Source: Laetmonice hystrix (lineage: Eukaryota). From it: a stretch of 64,000 nt of DNA. Below, piece by piece: positions 37,915 to 50,000 of the stretch. The stretch lies in the NCBI GenBank assembly GCA_965235115.1, contig OZ249441.1, forward strand, positions 10,974,001-11,038,000, given 5' to 3'. The notes beneath the pieces are model-generated. The model made no database searches and was not told where the DNA came from. It was given only the letters and a program-made list of their open reading frames with translations. Each line of letters begins with the position of its first letter. Within the stretch, counting starts at the first letter, position 1. A program made the translations under genes and the position numbers.

Positions 37915-38312
37915 CTATATACATGTATAACGACCGTTTTAAAAACCCAGTATTCACTAACCGGATAACAATGTTGAGAAGACAGGAACAGCTGACAACG
38001 TATTTAGACGTGCTCGCAGGATGGATAGCTATACTTACAGTTCCTTGAACTGTCTGCATCATATTACTAGCTAGGACGGACATGATTTATTTAAATGGTT
38101 GCGTACAGTTTGCAGTACATTGTCTTCCTGGGATAGTCTATTTGCGGAACGGGACAGCAGCACAGTGACGGGTAACCACGCTCCTCGGTGATGTGAGTGT
38201 GTGTTGACCGCTGCGCCATCTAGCGCTTAATAGTTGCAACAGAAATGGAAGCCATCCAGACGTGACGACGAACGCCGCGCACTGAGATTCGATGTTAAAA
38301 CATCCATGCTAA

Positions 38313-38487
38313 CAGGGGCGGATCTAGAGGGGTCGTTGCCGGGAGGGGGGGGGGGGGGGCGGGCCTGGGCGAGCGCCGGAGGCGTACTTTCCTGGGAAAT
38401 ATGAAGGGGTGTTCTCAGTTTTGCCGGGGGGGGGGGGGAGGGGGGGGTGCACGTGCCCCCAATGCTCGCCAGTTGGATCCGTCACTG
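38313..38487. mobile_element. MITE-like element of the same terminal class
   Basis: CAGGGGCGGATCTAG ... TTGGATCCGTCACTG inverted termini with internal poly-G. No clear TSD. Confidence 0.55.
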
Positions 38488-41400
38488 GCACTGGCTAAGT
38501 TGCAACTTTAATTTTTAATAAGGTAATGATTTTGAGAAAGAAATAGAGAGAGAAATAGAGAGAGAAAGAGAGAGATAAAGAGCGACAGGGATTGTTTTGG
38601 GTTGTGCTTCACGCACGAACCACTAGGTGGCAGCATTGGGATTAAAGGCCACTGTATCAAGAATGACAGTCCACCTTTCTTGATTGCAGCTCGTTGCAAA
38701 TCGCCACAAAGGAATGGCATCATTTGATGCATCTAATTTGGCTGTGATAGGCATAATCTTAAGTATGGAACTTACAAAAAGGACAAACTTGGGCATTAGG
38801 CCTACTTTCAGTAGGTAGCAAATACTTTTGATAGAATTTTCTGATCAAGTGGCGGGGGGGGGGGGGGGAGTGTGCCCGGTGCCTTGTACAAATTCTGATT
38901 ACTTTTGGAGAGGTAGGGCCTACATGCGTGACATAGTTATATAAACACGTTGACAACAATCTCTCCGGCCTACAAGCCCACGACTCTGTCCACGAAGTGT
39001 AAATCCTGCTATATATGACAAGGACCAAACTCTAGGAGATCCGATTGCCACTTGAGATGCCAGCTGCTGATATCTCATGATTCATTGTGTGACGTGAAGC
39101 ACGCACGATCATGGTAGACGGGTGTATAGCTAACCGTAGCCGCTATAGCCATATCGTATACATCTACACAAAATGACAGACCGTGTCAGAATTCTGGTCA
39201 TGTTACCTTGACGGCTAATTAATGTAGACCAATGCTTGTTTTGACAAAACATCTCTGTTTGGGCCGGTGTAGGACAGCGGCGGACTTCTGGGACCGGAAG
39301 CTGGGTATGCCTGCTTCCTTTGATCCACGCCTGGGCATGGGGCGTCAATGATATACTGCATATAATATATCTATGATAGCTTACAATTTTTGTTAATGGT
39401 AGAAATCATTCATCTGTGTCATTCACCACCAGGAAGAGGCTCTATAGTGGACTATGTTGGGCTCAACATCGCTTTGACAAGCGACAGGGGCCCGATGTAG
39501 GCTATAGGCTCGGTAATAATTTAATTAATTCTAGATGAATTCTAGAAGGCCCCCGTCTCTTGCTGTGGAGTACGGTGTGTGTGTGTGTTGTTAAGAGAAC
39601 CTTTGTTCTGTATGTAAACGTACGTTATTGGACCACCTGTGTCTAATGATGGGCTGAGTAGTCCCCAAGTGGTCATCATGTTCGTGTCAGGCCTGCGTTG
39701 ACAGTTTACACTGAGATGGATATGACTGCGGCCCCCTAAGCACCAATTTCACGTCTCAGACGTTGCACGACATCGTCCCGTCTCAAGAATGTATTTACCA
39801 TTGTATCCCCTGGATGTACGCCACTCGACGTCCCGGTCAGGGTCCTTGACCAAGCGTCCACCGGTTGTCCGGTGGTGGAGTGGCCACGCCACTGGGACCG
39901 ACTGACCATTGGTCAGCGGGACGAGCCAGCCACCGGTGACACCATTGTTCACCCCGCGCCGCGTGTCGAGTGGAGGGCTGGCTCGCAATTAGATGAAAAT
40001 CAATATTGTCTCCGTCCGGGCTACCCCCTAACATAAGGGTTGGGGTATGTGGTCGGGTCTGGGAGCGCTGACACAATGTCATATTTGTATTGTACCTGGT
40101 GGGCCAATGATGACAGATTGTGTCCACGAGGGAGGGCGAACTATGCTGACCATCTGGCGAGACACAATACCTCGAGGCTATTATTACGTCACTAGACGTA
40201 GTTGCCAGGAAACGTTCTAGGATTGTTCTCGGTATAGTAGCAGCCTCGTGGGTGAGAATAAAATGATGTAAGTTGACGTGGGACTTGTCAAAATGCTCCA
40301 CTTTGATTACCAGCTGGTGCCACAGCTGTACGTGTACTGTTATTATTGCGAGCATTGTTTTACGACACAGACGACGTATACGTATTGGTCAATATGTAGG
40401 CCTGACACATGTTTGTAGGGCCTAACAACAGAAGGGGGTCAGTAAGTAATGAACGGAATATTCTGCTTGACAATCTCAAGACATTAAAAGCTACATTATT
40501 ACGTGTTTATGAACTTTTTCATTGAAAATTATTTTTCTGTCATAACGTGACCAACATGCATCCTACTATACGCAGTAACATATCGTTCGTTACCGAGAAA
40601 TGACAAGAATTAGATATCTCTCCGAAAGATCCATGACGATAAACTAAAAACGTCTAGGTCCGTTTACTTGCTGTCACACAACTGTTGCTGACAGTTGAAA
40701 GAACCGTAACGCCAATCTTGATGAGCTTCGACCCGTGTCAAACGTCGTCGGTGTGATGAGAGAGTTGGTGAACTGAACGCTGAGATGGTTATACGATATG
40801 AACCCTGGGTACGGCGTCTGTTATCATACCGCGTTATGTATGAACCGTTACAGTCTGCCCACTGAGGAACCATATCTATTAAACAGTTCACGCAGGTCGG
40901 CTGTTTGTCGGCCACTTATGGCAAGTTTAATATTAGCAGATAAACATCGCAAGTACACAAGGACAAAACAGATCAAAGGTGGTCGTATTATATTATACTT
41001 GGACAAAACATATTTCCTTGGTGTCATACTTCCTGTAGGTTTGACAGTGATGTCAAGCAGGAATGCACACTTTGACTTCTTTATAGCCGATCTTTTTTTG
41101 TACTTCATAACAGATTAAAACAAGTGGTTCCATAATTAGCACTCTACTAATCTTTCCAAGTGGTCTGAAACATGCCAGATCGAGTTTTAATGTCCATTTA
41201 AGCACATTTAGGTCTATAAATCTGTTTTGAGAATCTGATAGCCGTTGGTTGAAGATCCTCAGCCCCGACTGGTCCTCTTGAACTTGTCCTCCCATCACCA
41301 TTCAGTGGGTTACTGGAAGTCTTCAATTGGCTGCAAATGCCTAGAAATCCTGAAATGGACAAGATAAGTGGTAAATTTAAATTTACCACGGTCATCGCTT

Positions 41401-42458
41401 TGAATGATACGGATTTTAACGTCCGCATCATCTGATCTTCTTCTTGCTTGCCCTACCTCTGCTATACTACTCCGCTTATACTACTATAGGCCTATTACTA
41501 CGACTACGGCTCTACTACAACTGGTGAAGCAATCACCAATTTCCTATATTTTGGACGTCCTTTAAACTATTAGAAAAGACAACCAGGTCACATCTCATCT
41601 AACAGAGATTCTCTTTCCGCTCGTAATAAAACTTGTCCAAGTGCTCATAAATTGGTAGAGTCAAATATATACCATGAGATGACAGGTTATGTGGCTATCT
41701 CTGTGCATCATCGTAAGGAGCCGCGGGCGTCTGCACTTCTTAATTACCGTTAGGCTAATTGGTCTTAATGTCGACCTGTGCCCCATTCAGTGTGTATAAC
41801 CGAAGCGTTCGTTACGCCCTCTGGCGCCGTCTCTAACATGCCATATTTCTTCAATGTTGCACGAGTGTCTCGACAACATGTATACATGTATTTTAATAGC
41901 ATGTTCGCACTCGTTGACCTCTCCACTGCCTGTCTCAGGGGTTCTTAAGGCACACTGTTTGCAGGGCAAGGATCTGAGTAATAATATTGGGGCACCGAGA
42001 ACATGCCATACACACTTCATGCTTGCAGCATTCATATAAATTCCAACCACTCAGAATTTTGATATGGAATCACATCGCCTAGATATATAGTAATTCCCAA
42101 CTGCAATCATACATGAATACCTTATGCATCCATAATAACCACTCCTATCATAATGATAGGAATGTTATTGATAAGGCCATTGTTGATAAGGTCACGGGTT
42201 GTGTGCAAATGCTTTCTACTAGATTATGGAGACACAGCGATAACGAAATGATAACATTCATCTTACCCAAGGTTATAGAAACACTGATAGTGGCGTTCCC
42301 AAGGTTACACACACCTCCGACCTCAGACGTATGGCCTTATCTTGTAAACTTATTATCAAGTTTTTGTATGATGCATGCTTCCAGGCACGTAAGTTTAACA
42401 CCCAAATGATGAAATAATTCTTTGGATTTGATATACAGCATGCATCTTCCACAAATAA

Positions 42459-42605
42459 NNNNNNNNNNNNNNNNNNNNNNNNNNNNNNNNNNNNNNNNNN
42501 NNNNNNNNNNNNNNNNNNNNNNNNNNNNNNNNNNNNNNNNNNNNNNNNNNNNNNNNNNNNNNNNNNNNNNNNNNNNNNNNNNNNNNNNNNNNNNNNNNNN
42601 NNNNN
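42459..42605. other. Assembly gap (N run)
   Basis: 147 N. Confidence 1.
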
Positions 42606-44397
42606 TAAAGTATCCAGTTCGGTATATACATTCAAAAATCAAAGATATACATTATGGTGATGTCGTGGCCGCGAGTTATGTCAAGGAATTACCCAGGCGA
42701 AGGTCAGACATAGTAAATATAGAGGTAATACGATACCTGCTGTATACAACTTCAAAGCATGCGACTGACTCACTGGTATACATCACTTACTGGCCACAGG
42801 TGTCTATAATAGCCAAGATGAGCGGGGCGTGTCAGTGCCCAAGACATGGTGCACCCACCCAACGTCTCGGGCCCCCTCAATATTTCACCCTATTTACACC
42901 TATCCACCCCCACAAGTGATGTAGTATGAAGTGAAGTATAGCGAGCCGCGTATAGCTCTGAAGTATTACCCCCAGGGAGGGCCTGCTGCGGCATCAGGTC
43001 GGCGTCTTTGATCTTTCTGCCAGGTAACAACCGACAAGAAGAAGGCTTACCCCCAGTAGAATCATCACCACCTCCCGCGCTACATGAGAGTGCCACACTC
43101 AGGTCTCTAATCATATATACACTCCCCTCAATTGTCGTCTGCAGGAGAGAAAAAAGGCGCGGTTTGGCGCGCTCGGGATGGGCACTCGGCAATGTCCGTC
43201 AGATTTCGTACCTTGGGTACGTGTGGTACGTGTGTACCCGACCACCAGCTCGGGCAGTCTCCCCAGGGGGTCGGGGTGGAACGCCCTGTGTCACCACCCT
43301 CGGGGGTTCACTCCGATACTAGTTATCAAACTGCCCAACATATGCTCCGACGAAAACGGCGGGAATCATTCCTGATATTTTGTAATTTAAAGATAATAAA
43401 TGTTGATGTATTAGGCACATTATACGAGAACATCTGGCTGGCGACTGACAATGCCCCCAGCAGGTTTACGGCCGATTGTTAGACCACAAAATACTTTAGA
43501 CAATATCATAAATTACTAATATTACATTGGACAAACAACTGCCCATTTGAAGACTTGAGGTTGGGTTTACAGATCTGTATCATTACTACAGCAGTACGAC
43601 ACATACACATGAATAAACACACTTGTAATAGATGGATACATGCTGCTGTCACACATCAGTGACTCACGCTCAGACATATCTACATATTGTCATCAGGATG
43701 TTTGTAACGGACGTGACGTATATAAGTCCCTTCATTCGTCGCTCCGTTCTCATGCCCACCGAGATCTCGATGTCCATCTGTGAGAGATTTAAAGATAATC
43801 CTTTCCGGCGTGAATCACGCTCATATAAAGTCTTACCAATTGGTCTTACTGATTGCGGCGCATACAAGATTACATCCGCCCAAAGTACTGAAAGTGAGAG
43901 GGTTAACAGATTCACATTATAGGAAGCAAGTCATTAATCTGGAATAGTCCCTGATAATCCATGGGAGCTGTCTAAACCATTCACACTCAATGTCTGGTAC
44001 AAACTATAAATAACATGGACCCAAGCTGCAGCTTAAAACTATCCGGAAGTCGCCAAACCTCGTGTAAACCTGCCACCTTCGTTATCTTTGCAGTACAGCA
44101 GTTTTTATGAGTTTAAAGAAATTAAAACGGCCCCCCTTTTTTTATATAAAGAACCCATATTAATCGCGACAGACGAAGTCTTCAACTATAGAACAAGTAA
44201 ACACTTTTCACAAATAAAAGCACAGGAACCATTTATGAAATTTATTAAATTGGTCCCAGAGAGAAAACATGTGAAAGATAGAAATTGCTTCTTTCAGTAA
44301 AACTCGGTCTCCAAGAGGTGATTCAATTAATGGTCTGAGACACACCTACAATAACTGATACTGGAACATTTCCAGGGATGTATACGGTATATTCCAC

Positions 44398-45549
44398 GAA
44401 TCCAGGACATTTCGCCAGCGGACATTTCGCCACCGGACAGTTTGCCAACAGACATTTTGCCAACGGACACTTTGTCAACGGACACTTGGCCAACAATGGC
44501 AGAAGCGGACAGTTTGCCAACTTTCGTTTCCCTCCTGAAATACCCTCTAGTTTATTACAAAAACACGACTGATATCCTTGGAACAAGATAATATATAGAT
44601 TTTATGACTAAATGACTTAATAAATCATTCCAAAATAAGTATTTTGGAGCTTCTGCTGAATTTATTTTTGTTTGTCAACTTGGGTTGTCCTTTTACTCTA
44701 ATACCCTAGGGGCCATCCTATAAAGTATGTACGGTACCCTCAAAATTCCTGATTTTGGGCCGCCCCCTGTACGCCTTGCGTACGCCTAGCTGTAACCCCC
44801 CCCCCCCCCTCTCCCCGTAGGTTACGTGCGGACGCAGAAGTCCTTGGTAGACTCATAAAGTGAGTTATCTTTTCAATGCACAGAATTTAAATCTTTATTA
44901 GCCAAATAAGAATAAAGATAACAGTCAGTAGTTTCTGCAACAGTACATTTGACTAAGAGATAAAAAAAGGAAAGCTATAGTAAACAGTAGACCTACAACT
45001 TCTTATTTTTTTTATTTTTTCATTTTTATTTTTTAGATTTTTTGGGCCCCAAGACCGCCCTCCCCCTCTGGGCATACGTACTTTATGGATGAGCTCCTAC
45101 TATAATGGGGTGCCCGTCCATTTGGAACAGTGAAACATATGATATTTTATATGACTCTGGATAAGGGTCCAACTCACTCCAGTGGCATAGTGGGATGGGG
45201 GGGGGGGGGGAGATCTGTGATCTGTGGCCTACTATACTAGTCGAACACCATAGACACTAACCATCTATTGACCATGCCCTATTCATGGGCCGTATTCACT
45301 ATCCAGACCTATATCAAGCCCTTTGTACGTGCAGCTAAGGCTTTACATCTTACTAGTGATACCTATATTCTATTCCGGTTTTAAAACCTTCTTAAAACTT
45401 TAAATATTTCAAGAGGAAAACCAAAGTTGGCAAACTGTCCGCTTCTGCCATAGTTGGCCAAGTGTCCGTTGGCCAAGTGTCCGTTGGCATAATGTCTGTT
45501 GGCAAACTGTCCGGTGGCGAAATGTCCGTTGGCGAAATGTCCGGATACC
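44398..45549. mobile_element. Foldback/Mutator-like non-autonomous element with ~150-bp modular TIRs and a 9-bp TSD
   Basis: ATATTCCAC at 44389-44397 and 45550-45558. The TIRs are built of ~15-bp GGACATTTCGCCA(A/C)C-type subrepeats (about 44398-44545, inverted at about 45400-45549). Termini are G...C. Confidence 0.8.
44709..45097. mobile_element. MITE nested inside the foldback element
   Basis: GGGGCCATCCTATAAAGTATGTACG ... GCATACGTACTTTATGGATGAGCTCC imperfect TIRs, with TA on both flanks. Confidence 0.6.
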
Positions 45550-46924
45550 ATATTCCACACACCACCTGCCCCCCCCCCCCCCCCCAACAAACTCATGACC
45601 CTCGTCTGTGGTTAAAACACTTAGAGTTAAATATTTTATAGCTGCTGGACGTGCATGGCGTCGCACTAAACAACCTCCAACATCCGGTTGGGGTTGTGCG
45701 AGGTTTATGTGAGTGTTGTGTAATCTGAGGGTTTATACCGGTGCGGAGGTTGGAAAAACTACACGCTGACGTATAATTGACAACTCAGTTCGGCGTATGT
45801 GAACTACAGGCACCACCAGATCTGCGGCAAAAAGGCTACAACCGCTTTAAAAACGGCCATAATTCAAACTATGGAAATGCTGCTTTTTTACGATACATCC
45901 TTTTCCATGAAGGCCTAATGGTGGCCATTTCCTCAACACACATGTATGGACCTCTCCACACATCCCACATCTGGGAGGGCTGCAGGGGCGTGCGAATTAT
46001 TATAGGTATATATTTGACTAGTGTCTAATGTTACAACCCTACAAACCTAACCAAACCCTACAAATCTACAAACCGACCCATCTGCAAATGGTTAATAGAG
46101 GGGTTAACATCACAGTATATGTAGGCTAGTATCAATGGAAAGATTTCGCTGACTGGCGAGGAGGAGACCGACACATCCACTTTGACACTGCCAGGAACGT
46201 GAGAAAGTCACGGTTGATCTCTTCATATCTCACTGGCTGTTTAATCTACATCTCTCTCCCACGACCATTGTTTGGAGGTGCCCGTGACGAGCAGGTGAGG
46301 CCCGTCACGATTGTCTACCTGGCGGTAAAACCCGCTTTGATCACGAGGCGACCAATGGATTCTCATTCAGGCGTGTCCATAGCGTCGCCGACTGGTCGTC
46401 TACATCTGTTGTCCAGCTCTGGTCACTTCGTTCATTGTAAAGCCAAGTAATGGATGATTTCTAGGCATATTGATCTTCACCGACCGCTGACAAGATCAAA
46501 GAGAGGACACGGTTTGCCGTTCGTCAATCGACAGGTGTCCAACAACTTGGTGGCCATCCGACAACGTCATCAATAAGTGTGCCCAGATTCTCGTGACGTA
46601 ACAAACGCATTCGACCTTTTTCGCGAAACCAGTCTATGGTCACTACTCTCGCATTTAGACGAGTGAAAATGGAACTTAGCCGAGGATTATGGGTAGTAAA
46701 AGCGTACACTTAGAGACGTGAAATGGACACTATAACTGACCGAGTTATCGTGTGCATGTAGAATCTCATATATCTGACTCTCTCAACCTCTACAACTCCT
46801 TTCGCTATCGTAGGTGGCCTAGGCTGTGAGAGGATGTTTGGTAGACCTTTCTGCAACTGGTGAGAAATGAACCAACATAAACAGTCACATCAACCCTTTA
46901 GTTTGTAAATAATAACTGCTGGAT

Positions 46925-47080
46925 AAATATATGAACAAATCTAACTTTGAATTGCTGTATTATAGTTCAAAGTGTAAATATATGAAAAAATCTAACTTTA
47001 AACTGCTGTACTATAGTTCAAAGTGTAAATATATGAAAAAATCTAACTTTAAACTGCTGTACTATAGTTCAAAGTGTAAA
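46925..47080. repeat. Tandem repeat, 51-bp unit x3
   Basis: AAATATATGAAAAAATCTAACTTTAAACTGCTGTACTATAGTTCAAAGTGT repeated. Confidence 0.92.
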
Positions 47081-50000
47081 TTATATGCTACTTCAAGGAC
47101 GCAGCCTCCCCCTATAAATCTCAGCCACGAATGGAATCTTTAATTATACGGTTATGCCAGAGGCGGATGTTAGAAAATGTGCACGGGCATGCGCCACCAC
47201 GCAGCTGGCCCGGTATTACATAAGATAGAGTAAGACTGACACAAGATGACCGTGGTACAGGGGTGGCAGGGCGGGGTACACTCACACTGAGACCGCCTTA
47301 TATGTTCTTAACACCCCCCTCGAGCCCAACAGGCATCTGGCCGGCGCGTGTCCTATTAGTCATTTCCTACCTCTTTATATCCTTCACTTCTATCAATACG
47401 CGGCGTAATCTAATCTAATTACTGTTTCCAGCCTCAGAGTAGATTAACACAGACCGAAGTATGAAGTCTTTGTGAGGGTATGATATACGACGGGTTGGTT
47501 CTCTATCTGAAATACTTCTGATCACACTAAAGTTAACGGTAAGCTCGAGGTGACCTCACTGCCATGAACGCCAAATGTATAGGCATACGTATTCTGTATA
47601 TTAATTAAAAATAGGTAAAGGACTTAAATTGATGTTATAATGTAACAATGGCTGAATTGCAGGTATAGGCCTACAAATTACATTATCTATATCCTATTGC
47701 TTCACGTTCAACTAAACCTTGAATTATGAACATGTTGAACATAGTGTAAAGAAATTTAGGGGGCCTATAAACAAACCATGCATGAAGATGCATTATTCAG
47801 TTTATATTCATGGTAGTGGTTTGTTATAAAAGACCTATTTTCCACACCAGGGCCTGTACACCCAGCATATATTTTAGGTACATATTTTACTCTTTTCGCC
47901 CCTAATTCCTATAATCGTGCGCATATAACTATACTCTAAGACGACATACACCAACTTGTAGGCCCCCTATGTGTACTTTATACCTCAGTAAAAAAGTTCA
48001 GCAGCTAAGTGAAAAAAGACATTAAGAACCGACAGATATAGGATTCTGGGGGCGTGATAGCAGACCTGAACCAGGCGGGCGACCCGAAATTGTCCCACGC
48101 CTTTTGTGATATATGATCATTGGAGAGTGTGAAGGTCATAAAGACACATTAGGATATGCTTCAGGTATCACGTCGCTTTATGATTAACATGTCCGGCGTG
48201 ACGGGGCGCACTTGACGCGCTCTTCTCGATAAATCCCGTACAATAATCATCACCACCCGCCCTATAGTCGAGTGTCCCAAAGGTGGCCATTAACTAGCCT
48301 TCAACCTCTCGATGACCACTACCTTGACCACTGAGTGACCGCTTGTTTGTGGGTAACCAGACCTTGCTGAGACCCCCTCCTACGATCCCGCGCGATCGAC
48401 CAATGATAGTCGTTGTCTAGGCGGTGTGCCACTGAGTCGTTCCCAGAGGCGCGAATTTCCTCCAAGGGCATTTTTTTTTTATATTCTCCCTCCATTCAAA
48501 CACATACTGTCATTACTTCCCAGGTGCAAACATGGTTCCTGGGAAGCCTGGCCAGTCTGAGCCGTGCCCCCTCCCCCTCCCGTGTCCACCGCCCTCCCCA
48601 ATACGCCAGAAGACGCCCAAGGCCGACCCTCTCCCAGTCATAAGGGGTAACGCCTGCCACCCTCTGCGACGCTTTCAACGTCTGCACAAGAGGCAACGGT
48701 TACCAGAGGCTATTCCGCCATAACAGTGGTCAGTACGGCACGTTGACCCGTCCATCAATGCAGGTGGCCGCGTCTAACTGACCATAATTAGACCTCCGCG
48801 GCGACCTCACCGACCTCTGTTGACCAGTCAAACTTTTTTCTCTCGAGCGCGACAACACCTCATAATTCACCCCCTGCATCGGCGCCCTCACTCCCGACAC
48901 AAAGCCCTCCCATGACCTTGGGGCTCAGTCTATTCACCCCTGACCTCGCTTCTTTCCCAGACTACATTCCAGGTGGATCCCACGTAGATGCACAGAAGGG
49001 AGCAGCTTTCAGCAGCTTGTGAGACTTGAAAGAGAGCCACGGTTGACTGGCGTTGACTTCGATCGATATACAGAACCCGCCCCACCCTCTAATCTCTAAT
49101 CTTGGCGGTCGGCGTATAAAGAGGGCCCAGGGGAGACATCCCTGTAGAGTAGAGATTAAAGTGTCGACTTGATAAAAGGAAATATTGTGAGAATACATTA
49201 CAATAACTGTAATTAAATTCCATTAGGATTCAGTGACGCATACGTATCTTGATTCCCTTTGTCTGCGACAGTGCGACAGTCGTGGGTATAGACCTGCTTC
49301 AGTCGTCGCCATTCCAGCCACTCTCTGGGCTTTCACTCAGAGATATACATGTACACCTGTTTGTAGCTGAGCGATACGAAAGTCAAAACACTAAAAATAT
49401 AGAAAGATATGAATTATTGAATGACCTTGCCCGGAGAAGTGAGAAACGCTATAGTATACAACCCAACAAGAACCCTATACGAAAGGTATATCAAGACATA
49501 GTCAGTCTGTCGCCAGTAGACCTACGTTCGAACATCCAAGGAGAAAAATGCATATTCAGTACCAATACTTGCAATAATTACCTTTTCTCTCATCCAGGGT
49601 AACTGAGATATTTTGAGTGTACCTACACAGCCGTAAGTATCTAAACATATGCGTTCAACATGTTTTCAGACACGCTCGTTATATGTCGACGTAACCACTA
49701 GTAGCGGCGCTCCCTTTCTTGAAGGGTCGTATACTGACGTCACGATTATACTTTCAGTAGTCACCGCTACATGGGCTTACGTCATGGCTCATTATATGCC
49801 TGTATGTATTTGGGGAACTTGACCATAAATGATCTCTTTCAAAGCATTTGACTCCAGCCATCTGTTTTTGATTCATTACCTTATCTGTGAAATTACTTAC
49901 CGAAAGTCGTCGGGAGTTTACTGTGTTTGGCGGTCATTAAGACAAAACGCTGATTACGTAATGGTATGTGAGATTAAGGCGTAACTCTCATAGCTACCAA

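Noticed and set aside
40664-41431. Chain of overlapping minus-strand ORFs with an FLLDITV motif (Penelope RT thumb-like)
   Set aside because: There is no YxDD, IKFT or YRKPT context in any frame.
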